Below, in pieces: positions 1-8,679 of a DNA stretch of 32,000 bases; within the stretch, counting starts at the first letter, position 1; every line of letters starts with the position of its first letter. Under the pieces are notes generated by a model. That model made no database searches and had not been told where the DNA came from. It worked only from the letters and a program-made list of their open reading frames with translations. The DNA comes from Burkholderiaceae bacterium (lineage in GTDB: Bacteria; Pseudomonadota; Gammaproteobacteria; Burkholderiales; Burkholderiaceae): the NCBI GenBank assembly GCA_965234555.1, contig OZ248347.1, positions 1,523,270-1,555,269 on the forward strand, in the 5' to 3' direction. The position numbers and the translations under genes are program-made.

Positions 1-46
1 TAGTCATTGGGCGCTTGCGATCAACCGGCGCAGCTGCTGTAGACAT
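1..46 (-). CDS. 5' end of an unidentified CDS running off the left edge (MSTAAAPVDRKRPMT...)
   Basis: ATG at 44-46 on the minus strand with AAGGAG about 8 nt upstream; open to the window edge; only 15 codons visible. Confidence 0.3.
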   Translation of the reverse strand, partial: MSTAAAPVDRKRPMT

Positions 47-222
47 ACATTTCTCCTTTTGGGTTAAGTCTGCCTATTCTAATAGAAAAAATTAATAAAA
101 ATTATTAATAAACTTGGGGTTTTCCCTCTATTCTGCTGGCTTTTTTTATGAGAAAGTACCTCTGTCGCATGATTGCACATGCTGACAAGAATTAACGTAT
201 TTCAGTTGTCTCCAAAGGTTTA

Positions 223-251
223 ATGGATCGCTTCGGCGATCCATTTTTTTG
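223..251 (+). terminator. Rho-independent terminator-like hairpin (ATGGATCGC-TTCG-GCGATCCAT + T7)
   Basis: Perfect 9-bp stem, 4-nt loop and T-run read directly; no annotated + strand CDS upstream, so it may end a small RNA. Confidence 0.5.
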
Positions 252-426
252 CCTTCAGGTCTTTATGGCTTCAGGGATTCTGCATGCCCTATTCACCTAC
301 TCCAGCAGATGGAATTTGATGAAAACCCATTAATTTGTATTCATTTAAAGGGGTGCCCCACTCGCATTCCCCAAAATAAATAGGTCCCCGAAGAATCTGT
401 TTACACTGTGGCGGGAGAGACTAATC

Positions 427-690
427 ATGCGCATGATTCTTTATTTACTCATTGCTTTAATACCAATTGCAATTGTGTACTCACGCTTTTTGGACGGCAG
501 TAAGCTCAAAGACTTTTTACTGGCAGTCTCTTATCTTAGTGTGATGGCCTGGGCCTTCTTCTTTGCCCTGATTCTTGAAATGCTCTTACGCATTCCTCTC
601 AAATACTCGGTGGCGATTTTGGCAATCGTCTTAGCCTATCTTCACTTTCGCACGATTTCGCATCTTCGTAAAAAGCGAGGGCAAGACTAA
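427..690 (+). CDS. small hydrophobic membrane protein (87 aa)
   Basis: ORF track; three hydrophobic segments; no family recognised. Confidence 0.45.
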   Translation: MRMILYLLIALIPIAIVYSRFLDGSKLKDFLLAVSYLSVMAWAFFFALILEMLLRIPLKYSVAILAIVLAYLHFRTISHLRKKRGQD

Positions 691-872
691 GACTTATTAG
701 ATTTAGGCTTTTCGGTAATTTCTTGTTGCATCGCCTCATCTTGAGGCTGATTCAGATTTAGCGGAGGGTGCGCCATTTTCTCGCCATCCCATTTTTGACC
801 ACACCAGCATTCTCCAGCATCATTAATGATGCAAACACCTGATCCACAGCAACGACTATCGGGTTTTTTCAT
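687..872 (-). CDS. small cysteine-rich protein (61 aa, CCGSGVC...CWC)
   Basis: ORF track; lies immediately downstream of 882..1310 on the same strand, so probably an operon. Confidence 0.45.
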   Translation of the reverse strand: MKKPDSRCCGSGVCIINDAGECWCGQKWDGEKMAHPPLNLNQPQDEAMQQEITEKPKSNKS

Positions 873-881
873 AGTGCATCC

Positions 882-1310
882 TTATAGAGAATCTTCCTCA
901 ACGATTTCCCAAGTACTATCGCCTAACTTACGTACCGCTTGGCAAAATGACCACCCGTTTGGAATGCCACAACTCCATTCGCGTGGCGAGTTCTGAACTA
1001 AACGATAGCCACTAATTGCCTCATCCTGATAAAGATAATATTTTTTTCCATAAACAGGATTAAAGGAAAATTTAGCCGCATGGACCATCTCGGTTGCATC
1101 GAGCCGCGCTTGTAGCGCCTTCGCTTGACGCATTAAGACTGTAGCCTGCTCCATAATGCGCTCGTACTCTTGATTTGCATGCTGCCTGGCAATATTGATC
1201 GCCTTATCTTTTTCTTCCTTGATGGGCACGGGTGCAAATTTAGGAGCGCCGACCTCCATGGGGTACTCAATGGCATTATGTCTATCAGGGTCTTTGTCTT
1301 CGATACGCAT
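882..1310 (-). CDS. conserved hypothetical protein (142 aa)
   Basis: ORF track; uninterrupted ORF with normal composition; family not securely recognised. Confidence 0.55.
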   Translation of the reverse strand: MRIEDKDPDRHNAIEYPMEVGAPKFAPVPIKEEKDKAINIARQHANQEYERIMEQATVLMRQAKALQARLDATEMVHAAKFSFNPVYGKKYYLYQDEAISGYRLVQNSPREWSCGIPNGWSFCQAVRKLGDSTWEIVEEDSL

Positions 1311-1506
1311 GCTTTTTCTTTGGGGGCTGGCAAGGGTAAATTCTAGTGCCTAATGCCTGAAATCACAGGGCTCCAGAGAGAATCGGGCCCTAAGGCCGGA
1401 TCACGTAGAACGAGGGCCCTAAGGGTTTTTAATTACTGATAAATCGGTATGGCTGGCTTGATCGAGCTACTTTCTAATGAAAGTAGATTTATTTCCTTTG
1501 AATTTA

Positions 1507-1531
1507 AGCCCCGCAAGGGGCTTCTTTTTTG
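1507..1531 (+). terminator. hairpin AAGCCCC-GCAA-GGGGCTT followed by CTTTTTT
   Basis: Read directly; abuts the stop of the convergent fpr gene, so it may act bidirectionally. Confidence 0.5.
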
Positions 1532-2308
1532 CTACTTCTCGACAAAGGCTCGTTCGAAGACGTAATCACCCAGCTCGCCAGAGGAAGGCGAGACTTTGAA
1601 GCCCCGCTGATCCAATAGCTCACTGGTCTCTTTGAGCATTGCCGGACTGCCACAGATCATGGCGCGATCTACTTTGGGATCCAATGGGGGCAAACCAATA
1701 TCGGCAAATAGCTTGCCCGACTCAATCGCTGTGGTCAACCGACCAGTGTGCGCATAGGCCTCTCGAGTCACCGTGGGGTAATAGATCAACTTCTCTCTTA
1801 CAAGCTCACCCAAATACTCATCATTGGGCAACTCCTTGGTCAGATACTCTTGATATGCAAGCTCATTCACCACGCGTACCCCATGAATTAACACGATCTT
1901 CTCAAAACGTTCATAGGTATCTGGATCACGAATGATGCTTAAGAATGGTGCTAATCCAGTACCGGTGCTAAATAGATATAAATGCTTACCCGGATTGAGA
2001 TCATCAATGACCAAAGTGCCAACAGACTTCTCACTCACCAATATCGAGTCACCAACCTGAATATGCTGCAAGCGGGATGTTAATGGGCCATTGGGAACCT
2101 TAATACTAAAGAACTCGAGGTGCTCAGCGTAATTGGGGCTGACCACACTGTAGGCACGAGCCAAAGGTCTGCCATCCACTTCCAAACCAATCATTAAGAA
2201 ATGGCCGTTCCGAAAGCGCAAACTTTGATTGCGGGTCGTTGTAAAACTAAAAAGGCTTTCGTTCCAATGCGTAACGCTCAGCACGCGCTCAGTTTGATAG
2301 GTGGCCAT
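1532..2308 (-). CDS. fpr: ferredoxin--NADP(+) reductase (plant-type FNR fold, bacterial Fpr subclass)
   Basis: 258 aa. RAYS FAD-binding motif, GTGLAPF NADP-binding motif and C-terminal ...YVFERAFVEK are typical of Azotobacter/Pseudomonas-type Fpr. Confidence 0.9.
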   Translation of the reverse strand: MATYQTERVLSVTHWNESLFSFTTTRNQSLRFRNGHFLMIGLEVDGRPLARAYSVVSPNYAEHLEFFSIKVPNGPLTSRLQHIQVGDSILVSEKSVGTLVIDDLNPGKHLYLFSTGTGLAPFLSIIRDPDTYERFEKIVLIHGVRVVNELAYQEYLTKELPNDEYLGELVREKLIYYPTVTREAYAHTGRLTTAIESGKLFADIGLPPLDPKVDRAMICGSPAMLKETSELLDQRGFKVSPSSGELGDYVFERAFVEK

Positions 2309-2363
2309 AGTCTATTCGGATCGTTGTCTAATTTAATGATCCTTTTCATTGTAATGAAAGCGC

Positions 2364-3452
2364 TTAGAGCATTGGATAGTCCGTATAGCCTTTCTCATTA
2401 CCGCCATAGAATGTTTTACGGTCATATGGGCTGAGACTGGCCTTTAACTCAAAACGTCTTGGTAAATCTGGATTAGAAATAAAGAGTCTGCCAAAGGCAA
2501 TCGCATCGGCCTCGCCCTCGGCAAGCGCCCTCTCTGCTCCTGCTTGATCAAAGCCACCCGCCAAAACTACCTTACCCGTAAATAATTTACGGAATAACTG
2601 ACCGGTTCGTGGCGCATCTGCGACTAATTGATCACTACCTCCAGCGGTGGTGGCACGGGGCTCAATCAAATGTAAATAAGAAAGATTGAGCGGATTGAGC
2701 GCATTAATCAAATACGAGAACAGTTTTTGAGGATCGGAGTCAGCAATATCATTAAAACTGCCATAGGGTGACAAACGAATACCAACTCGGCCACTGCCCC
2801 AGATCGGAATAATGTCTTGCAGTATCTCAAGGACTAATTTGCAGCGATTCTCAATCGAGCCGCCGTATTCATCCGTTCGCTGATTAGTACCATCTTGCAA
2901 AAATTGATCAAGAAGATAGCCATTCGCCGCATGCAACTCAACGCCATCAAAACCTGCTAACTTGGCTTGTTTTGCGGCATGCACATACTCTGCACGTAAT
3001 TTTTTGATCTCATCCATGCTTAATGCGCGCGGTGTTTCATAATCCGCCAAGGCCCAAGCTGCGGTATAGACCTTGCCAGTGGGTTTAATCGCCGAGGGCG
3101 CAACCGGTAGGCCATCATTGGGATGCAAAGAGGAATGCGATATACGTCCTACGTGCCATAACTGCAAAAAGATCTTGCCTCCTTTGGCATGAACTGCATC
3201 AGTGATGTTGCGCCACGCATCCACTTGCGCATCGCTATAGATACCTGGGGTTGCTGGATAGCCCTTACCCAACTCCGAGATTTGAGTTGCCTCACTGATA
3301 ATCAAACCAGCAGTGGCCCGCTGCGCATAGTACTCAATGGCTAATGGGCTAGGTATCCCCTCGTTATCTGCACGCATGCGCGTTAATGGCGCCATCAAAA
3401 TTCGGTTCTCAAGTGAGACTGCACCTATGGTCACGGGGGATAACAAATTCAT
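2364..3452 (-). CDS. NADH:flavin oxidoreductase / alkene reductase, Old Yellow Enzyme family (NemA/XenB-like)
   Basis: 362 aa. N-terminal ...LENRILMAPLTR..., HAANGYLLDQFL and GRLFISNPDLPRRF motifs are typical of the OYE family. Confidence 0.9.
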   Translation of the reverse strand: MNLLSPVTIGAVSLENRILMAPLTRMRADNEGIPSPLAIEYYAQRATAGLIISEATQISELGKGYPATPGIYSDAQVDAWRNITDAVHAKGGKIFLQLWHVGRISHSSLHPNDGLPVAPSAIKPTGKVYTAAWALADYETPRALSMDEIKKLRAEYVHAAKQAKLAGFDGVELHAANGYLLDQFLQDGTNQRTDEYGGSIENRCKLVLEILQDIIPIWGSGRVGIRLSPYGSFNDIADSDPQKLFSYLINALNPLNLSYLHLIEPRATTAGGSDQLVADAPRTGQLFRKLFTGKVVLAGGFDQAGAERALAEGEADAIAFGRLFISNPDLPRRFELKASLSPYDRKTFYGGNEKGYTDYPML

Positions 3453-3515
3453 TTCAAGCCCTTATTAAGATCAATGTAAAGTGGAGATTTTATAGACTAT
3501 CTCTATAATTTTCTG

Positions 3516-3716
3516 ATGAGCTCTTCACCTAAATTTCAAGTTGGCGATCGCCTACAGCACCTCAAGACTGGCGGCTTTTATCGTGTCCTTTGTCTTGCTA
3601 AGATTGAAGCAACGCTTGAGGATGCCTATGTATATGAAGCACTGATCAATGGCAGTTATTGGGTTCGCCCACAGACCGAAATGGAAGACGGGCGTTTTAT
3701 TCAGGTCGGCGAATAA
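3516..3716 (+). CDS. DUF1653-like small protein (66 aa)
   Basis: Pattern G.FYRVL...YVYEAL....YWVRP recalled as DUF1653-like; recognition from memory only. Confidence 0.55.
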   Translation: MSSSPKFQVGDRLQHLKTGGFYRVLCLAKIEATLEDAYVYEALINGSYWVRPQTEMEDGRFIQVGE

Positions 3717-3724
3717 GGAATCCT

Positions 3725-4159
3725 ATGTTCTTGCAGGATACTGATTTCGAGAGTGATGCTGATTTAAGTTTGCTGCAATCCAAACTGGAGCAGATTCGCT
3801 CATTTACAGCCGCTCTCTTTGTAGATATTACGGATGATGAGAAACAAAAGTATCAGGGCGTTAAAGAACGTTTTGAGCAACTAAAGCAATCCCTTTTCAC
3901 TAACTCGGATCATCTTCTCGAGAAAGCCGGTTTGAGTGGCAAGAATTCGGAACAAGAGGCAATGCGGGAAGCACAAATCAATCTGATGTTTGATTGGGAA
4001 CAATTTGGCTTAACCGAGGACATGTTTCTAAAAATGTATCAATGCCAACGCAATCAAAGTGCTAGTAATCCACAAAGTCAAGAGCGGGCTGTGATCTTGA
4101 GCCAGATTCTAGCGATCCAGACTGATCTTCTATTGTTATTTAAAGTGCGGCAAGGCTGA
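3725..4159 (+). CDS. hypothetical protein (144 aa from ATG 3725)
   Basis: ORF track 3659..4159. The in-frame ATG at 3725 is preceded by AAGGAA and avoids overlap with the upstream CDS. Confidence 0.45.
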   Translation: MFLQDTDFESDADLSLLQSKLEQIRSFTAALFVDITDDEKQKYQGVKERFEQLKQSLFTNSDHLLEKAGLSGKNSEQEAMREAQINLMFDWEQFGLTEDMFLKMYQCQRNQSASNPQSQERAVILSQILAIQTDLLLLFKVRQG

Positions 4160-4160
4160 T

Positions 4161-4922
4161 ATGTCTGCGTATATCAAATCGCTCATTGCTGTGGTTCTTT
4201 TTTTTATTGCCAACCATTGCTGGGCTCAAACGACCTTTGTAGTAGTGGCAGCCAATATGAAAGATGCTTTTACCGAGATCAATGCTCAATTTCAGAAAGA
4301 GCATCCGGCCGACCTAAAAGTAATTTATGGCTCTTCGGGTAATTTTGCCTCGCAAATTATTCATGGGGCACCCTTTCATTTATTCATCTCCGCCGATGAA
4401 CAATATCCTCTCGAACTCTTTAAGAAGGGAAAAACCATTGATGAGGGCAAGATCTATGCGATTGGAAAATTAGCATTGATTGCCAATCAAGCAAAAGGAA
4501 TTCGTCTGAGTGAGTCTAAGGATGAGCTAGCAGAGATCATTAAAAAGGCGAACAAGATTTCTCTAGCCAAACCAGAATTAGCTCCCTACGGAAGAGCCAG
4601 CGTGGAGTACCTAAAAATCAGTGGTCTTTGGGATCTAGCCAAGGGCAAAATTGTGTATGCCGATAATATTGCGATGGCGGCCATGTTTGTAACTACGGGG
4701 TCTGCTGATATCGGCTTTACAGCACTCTCAATTGCTAAATCTCCAGCAATCCAAAAGAGCGCAAATTCTTTAGCCCTAAACCCCGGTCTTTACCAACCCA
4801 TTAAACAAAGAATGGTTCTCATTCAAAATCCCACCAAGGATGCCATCGCCCTATACAACTTTATGCAATCTCCCAAGGCCAAGGAGATTCTAGGACGGTA
4901 TGGGTATCAAACCCCCAACTAG
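4161..4922 (+). CDS. ModA-family (molybdate/tungstate-type) periplasmic substrate-binding protein, orphan
   Basis: 253 aa with a signal peptide; layout ...GSSG.F..QI..GAP...F.SAD... is ModA-like; no modBC genes adjacent. Confidence 0.75.
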   Translation: MSAYIKSLIAVVLFFIANHCWAQTTFVVVAANMKDAFTEINAQFQKEHPADLKVIYGSSGNFASQIIHGAPFHLFISADEQYPLELFKKGKTIDEGKIYAIGKLALIANQAKGIRLSESKDELAEIIKKANKISLAKPELAPYGRASVEYLKISGLWDLAKGKIVYADNIAMAAMFVTTGSADIGFTALSIAKSPAIQKSANSLALNPGLYQPIKQRMVLIQNPTKDAIALYNFMQSPKAKEILGRYGYQTPN

Positions 4923-5317
4923 GGGCCTTGTATAAGTGGTTGAACAAATGCAAACCATCCACCAATAATTAGTAAACCTAAACTAATCCAATAAATTCGT
5001 TGTGAGATCTTGCGTGTTTTTAAGCAGGCATCGCGCTGCTTGGCGTCAATCGGGCATGGAGCATTTCGATTGCGCCACTGCAATACCCCACCAATACACA
5101 TCAATGCAGTACTGACCATAAATATTGCTTCTTTATGTTCGCTAATCCACACAATCTTTGGAAAGACCGCTACTAAAGAAGCTAGAGTTGCCCCCGCACC
5201 CAAACTCACAAGGAGTGCGGGAATCGCACAGCAAATGAGCGTGCTCGAACTTGCAAAGAGGCTAATTAAAGAACTGATATAGCCTGTCTTTGTTTCATTC
5301 AAGCCATCGTGACTCAT
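4919..5317 (-). CDS. MerT-like heavy-metal transport membrane protein (copy 1)
   Basis: 132 aa. First TM carries a CC pair (LICCAIPALL), a loop carries a Cys pair (CPIDAKQRDAC), and there are three TM segments, matching MerT architecture. Confidence 0.6.
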   Translation of the reverse strand: MSHDGLNETKTGYISSLISLFASSSTLICCAIPALLVSLGAGATLASLVAVFPKIVWISEHKEAIFMVSTALMCIGGVLQWRNRNAPCPIDAKQRDACLKTRKISQRIYWISLGLLIIGGWFAFVQPLIQGP

Positions 5318-5640
5318 TTTTTATCTTTCTGCTGAGCTCTAAATTGAGCCACTGTCTGAGGGATGGTCTCAATCTTGACCACATCGTAGCCCGAGTCTTT
5401 AATCTCTTGACTAATTAGCTTCTCGTTTAAGGTTTTACCTTCTTTAGGCTCTACCACCACCACTTTATTTTTGAGATCCACAAAAACGGCTTTGGTCTCA
5501 TCCATTTTTGAAATACTTTTTTCAATCCCTTGAGCACAAAAGGAACAAACCATTCCATTAACCGTGACCTTCATACTGGCCAGGGCGGCTTGGCTTAAAC
5601 CCATTAATGCAACTGCAATAATTACGTTAAGCTGTTTCAT
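5314..5640 (-). CDS. periplasmic heavy-metal-associated (HMA) domain protein, MerP/CopZ-like (copy 1)
   Basis: 108 aa; signal peptide followed by the GMVCSFC (CxxC) metal-binding motif. Confidence 0.85.
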   Translation of the reverse strand: MKQLNVIIAVALMGLSQAALASMKVTVNGMVCSFCAQGIEKSISKMDETKAVFVDLKNKVVVVEPKEGKTLNEKLISQEIKDSGYDVVKIETIPQTVAQFRAQQKDKK

Positions 5641-5650
5641 AATAATTCTC

Positions 5651-6301
5651 CTAATAGTTATACATAAAGTTAAAACGTAGCTGTCCTGATAAATTGGCGC
5701 CCGCCTCTACAAAGTACCGTTTGTGGATCACTCTCAACATCGGTGTGAACTCATACTGCTTAGACACAAAGGTCATACGCCTTGCTTCAATCACGACCCA
5801 GGGTTGGGGTTCATCGTAGTCAGCCTCATAAAAGGATGCGCCTAAACGGGCTGTGGTGATATTGCTGGTTGCACCCTGTGCTGCATAGACCCGAGCCGAT
5901 GCCATCGAATAAAAGCGGGTGGTTTCATAGTCCACCTGAATTCCGGGGGAGGCCATCGCCTTTGAGCCATTAAAGGTATTTCCAGTTGTGGAACCAAGAC
6001 CGCCGATAAACCAGATATTGGCTTGAGCCTCTGGCATATTCCAGCGAGCTAGCTTGCGCGTATAGACAGCCTCGAGATTTTGTTGCTTCGACACTGAGTT
6101 ATCGGTTTGCATAGCGCTTGCTGAAACTCCAAATGCATCATTTGCTGTGGTGGCATAGTTCAAACCTAACTCTTGATAGGTTTTACTAAAGTCCCCCATC
6201 AGCATCCAACTGTTCTTAAATCCCATGGGTGCCGCAAATGAATTTGGGACAGTGCCCACCAACAATAGCAAGAAACTTGCCAGAGCAATCACATGCTTCA
6301 T
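5651..6301 (-). CDS. putative outer-membrane beta-barrel protein (copy 1)
   Basis: 216 aa; signal peptide (..SFAAP), alternating beta-strand pattern, C-terminal ...FNFMYNY aromatic end. Confidence 0.55.
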   Translation of the reverse strand: MKHVIALASFLLLLVGTVPNSFAAPMGFKNSWMLMGDFSKTYQELGLNYATTANDAFGVSASAMQTDNSVSKQQNLEAVYTRKLARWNMPEAQANIWFIGGLGSTTGNTFNGSKAMASPGIQVDYETTRFYSMASARVYAAQGATSNITTARLGASFYEADYDEPQPWVVIEARRMTFVSKQYEFTPMLRVIHKRYFVEAGANLSGQLRFNFMYNY

Positions 6302-6579
6302 TTGAGTTTTTCCATGACTGTAATGTCAAGTGTCCCATCGACAACTTTGATCTGGAATCGAACCTTGTCACCTGGTCGATATTGGTCCAAAGGAATTTCT
6401 TTAACTACTCCAAACGGCATCGTCATTGGGGCCATCTTGATACTAGGAATGTACTCATGCTTAAGCACAATACGATTGCGCGCTTGGTCAACCCGAACCA
6501 CTTCACCATTCACCCATTCGGGACTAGCAACAACTTGTAAAGCAACCAAACTGAGTAGTGCAGCAATAACTTTTTTCAT
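6298..6579 (-). CDS. CusF-like periplasmic Cu(I)/Ag(I)-binding protein (copy 1)
   Basis: Motif ...IVLKHEYIPSIKMAPMTMPF... matches the CusF H/M-x-M site. Start moved to the MKKVIAALL codon (GGAGAG RBS) by analogy with the 93-aa copy 2. Confidence 0.8.
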   Translation of the reverse strand: MKKVIAALLSLVALQVVASPEWVNGEVVRVDQARNRIVLKHEYIPSIKMAPMTMPFGVVKEIPLDQYRPGDKVRFQIKVVDGTLDITVMEKLK

Positions 6580-6636
6580 GAAACTCTCCAAAAAATAAGG
6601 CAAGCCCAAAATTTGGGCGGACTAATCCTAGGGGAG

Positions 6637-7002
6637 TTAAAGAATGGGTGGTTTGCTAAGCACTGTACGGTCAATACCCGCCAGTGTTTTTAGAGAGGTG
6701 TGGAGTGTTTGTGAATAATGGTCTGCTACCAACAAACCGAGTGAATTAGGCAATAACCCAAAGGCCATGCACAAGGTACACGAGTAGCAGCGATCGCCGC
6801 TATCCTTTTGTACCAGCTGGCTATCGATGGAGTGCTCAGAAGAGACCGAATCAAGCACTTGATGACAAGGGTGGGAGGCCACAGTCTCATGACTTACCGT
6901 AACAGGGGTAACAAGTTGCTTTTGCATACTCATATCCAATACCGCCCAAGATTGGACAGGTATTAATGCAATTAAGGAAATAAGCAATAACCTCTTGAAC
7001 AT
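6637..7002 (-). CDS. small secreted Cys/His-rich protein (HPCHQ ... CYSCTLC), putative metal-binding (copy 1)
   Basis: 121 aa; signal peptide; first gene of the metal cluster; possibly CzcI/DUF2946-like, but the family is not verified. Confidence 0.55.
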   Translation of the reverse strand: MFKRLLLISLIALIPVQSWAVLDMSMQKQLVTPVTVSHETVASHPCHQVLDSVSSEHSIDSQLVQKDSGDRCYSCTLCMAFGLLPNSLGLLVADHYSQTLHTSLKTLAGIDRTVLSKPPIL

Positions 7003-7085
7003 GGGTACAGCTTAGCACCATCAGAATAACTCTGCAGATGAGGCATATCAGCCAAAAATTGGCAATTTGCTACAATTCACAGTTC

Positions 7086-7124
7086 GGCGAATTAGCTCAG
7101 CTGGTTAGAGCGACGGAATCATAA
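7086..7124 (+). pseudogene. tRNA-Met(CAU) 5' half (positions 1-38), left att-type remnant
   Basis: 39/39 identity to 27011-27049 of the intact tRNA; identity stops at the end of the anticodon loop (..CATAA|). Confidence 0.9.
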
Positions 7125-7313
7125 GCTCGAAGTTTCTGAAAAATCCTCAATCGTTTCAAAGACATAACGAAACCACAAATGTTGGTGTCCGCACTTTGTG
7201 CTGAACACTTGACTACACACAGCTTGGAAGCCTTATGGCTAAAGGCTGGTGGGTTAGGCACACGGAGTCCACGAGAAAATGTGCGGTGATTGTGTGTGAA
7301 GAATCATTGATTG

Positions 7314-7514
7314 CTATAGTTTGACGTGTCGTTTAAAACGACATTTTTCTACTATTTTTTCAAACTCTACTGCCTCTTCAAACTGTTTGCGTAGTATCTC
7401 TTTGTCTTTGATGCGTTGAACTACTTCACGACCTGTCAGTACCGATTTATCGTTCAGAAGTTCAGATAAGGTCTTTTTGGGTGGTCTGATTTTCTTCTGC
7501 AATTTTTCACTCAT
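7314..7514 (-). CDS. hypothetical small basic protein (66 aa)
   Basis: ORF track; its last 9 codons (..CRFKRHVKL) are encoded across PAL-1. Confidence 0.4.
   Translation of the reverse strand: MSEKLQKKIRPPKKTLSELLNDKSVLTGREVVQRIKDKEILRKQFEEAVEFEKIVEKCRFKRHVKL
7327..7343. repeat. PAL-1: TGTCGTTTAAAACGACA (perfect, centre A)
   Basis: Read directly; one of 12 island-restricted copies. Confidence 0.95.
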
Positions 7515-7827
7515 ACATCTTCACACCTCAACAAATCCTTTCATCTATTTAATATTCAAGGTAGTAATAAATTTAATAAACCTATTAAACTTATGGTTAT
7601 TTTTTGACCAATAACAGTGTACCCTTGAGTTGTAAATATTACAGAACATTAGTCAACTTTTATATGACAGAAGAATCGAATTCTCAAAAATTAACTTTAG
7701 ATTTCTCTGGGATTTTTGTAATCTTTATTTTTGGAGGATTGTTTCTTGCTACATTGATAGCAGGGATATATATATTTCTGTTCCTGTTAGTCTATTTTTT
7801 TTCATTATTTACAAAACTCTAAGTAAG

Positions 7828-7992
7828 TCATACATCGTCACACCACCACCAATCCTTCTCATCTCGTTCATATTGAAGGTCAGGGTCGGTTGGTCGTTTC
7901 TTTAATTCCTGTTGAGTAAGCGAGTGATGCTCTTCATCCTGTAACTTACGTGAACGATATTGGGGTTTACCAAGGATTTCCACATCTGACAT
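7828..7992 (-). CDS. possible small ORF (54 aa, MSDVEILGKPQYRSRK...WWWCDDV)
   Basis: Translated by hand; below the ORF-track size cut-off; no strong RBS seen. Confidence 0.25.
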   Translation of the reverse strand: MSDVEILGKPQYRSRKLQDEEHHSLTQQELKKRPTDPDLQYERDEKDWWWCDDV

Positions 7993-8218
7993 ACACACTA
8001 GATTAGCACTTTTGACTAGGTTCAGAAAGTGTCAGGAATGGGTATTGATGGAATAACGGTTGGAGAGATTAAAAATGACACTATTTTTACTATACCCCTT
8101 AGTTCTTAACCAGCAGGGCCTATTAACAAACTTCAAACGCCTAAAACCCCCTGATTTTGAATCAAATGACGTATTTTTAACCTATGGTCAAAATTCACCT
8201 AGGGGTGAGAAAAAGTAG

Positions 8219-8434
8219 TTAAGGCTTGATTTTTTGTTGACTGAGTTTTTGCTGCTGTAAAACCAATTTGTGTTGCTTTTGAAAGGCACGCTCGCGTTTG
8301 AGAGCTTGTCTAGCAAGTTCAGCATTGCGCTTTAGATTAGCAATTCGTGCCTGTGCTGGTGTGAGTGGCCCCTTGGGTTTAATGGGTTTGAATTCATCAA
8401 AGCGCATGATTTTATTTATACCCTCAAGTTCCAC
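8219..8434 (-). CDS. hypothetical basic coiled-coil-like protein (about 60-71 aa)
   Basis: ORF track; the start is uncertain, with an alternative internal MRFDEF start. Confidence 0.4.
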   Translation of the reverse strand: MELEGINKIMRFDEFKPIKPKGPLTPAQARIANLKRNAELARQALKRERAFQKQHKLVLQQQKLSQQKIKP

Positions 8435-8439
8435 GGTTT

Positions 8440-8660
8440 AAATCATGTCGCATTCGGCTCTAGGCCAGCTGGCTCGCCTCTGCGATGTGGGCTTCAGCCC
8501 CCAACTCATTTCTATTCCCGCCAGCTGGCGAGAAATTCGTTGACGCCGTTACCCCTAAAGCGCACCAGCTGGTGCGGAGTCAACGGCTTGTGCTTCGCTG
8601 GTAGGGGTGATAGCTATCACCCCTCTTTGGGACTACCTTCGGTGCGCCCCATATACAAAT
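8440..8660. other. palindrome-dense non-coding region (candidate oriT, ori, or structured RNA)
   Basis: Perfect palindromes GCCAGCTGGC (8464-8473), CGCCAGCTGGCG (8519-8530), CGCACCAGCTGGTGCG (8561-8576) and AGGGGTGATAGCTATCACCCCT (8603-8624). GCGCACC (8560-8566) is complementary to GGTGCGC (8641-8647). Confidence 0.5.
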
Positions 8661-8662
8661 TA

Positions 8663-8679
8663 TGTCTTTTAAAACGACA
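8663..8679. repeat. PAL-2: TGTCTTTTAAAACGACA (1 mismatch)
   Basis: Read directly; abuts the stop codon of the 8680..9117 CDS. Confidence 0.85.

Larger units (their letters stand above)
4930..7124. repeat. chromosomal copy of a ~2.2-kb duplicated segment (5-gene metal cluster plus the tRNA 5' half)
   Basis: Collinear with 24057-26249, same gene order and orientation. By my count the HMA proteins differ at 6 of 108 residues. Confidence 0.9.

Noticed and set aside
1330-1531. Intergenic region with a direct repeat GGGCCCTAAGG (1385-1395 and 1414-1424) as an ncRNA or riboswitch
   Set aside because: There are only two short repeats, I recognise no conserved structure, and no downstream + strand gene exists. 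Noted only as a weak sRNA possibility.
4919-7002. A mercury-resistance (mer) operon
   Set aside because: There is no merA, merR or merD. The CusF-like and barrel proteins do not belong to mer operons, so only the MerT/MerP-like architecture is shared.
7604-7822. ORF 7604..7822 (72 aa) as a membrane protein gene
   Set aside because: The stretch is very AT-rich and low-complexity, the start is non-ATG with no RBS, and the hydrophobicity follows from T-rich codons. The ORFs at 8540..8728, 9030..9254, 9083..9283, 9539..9754 and 10066..10251 were rejected on similar grounds (no RBS, lying in structured or non-coding regions).
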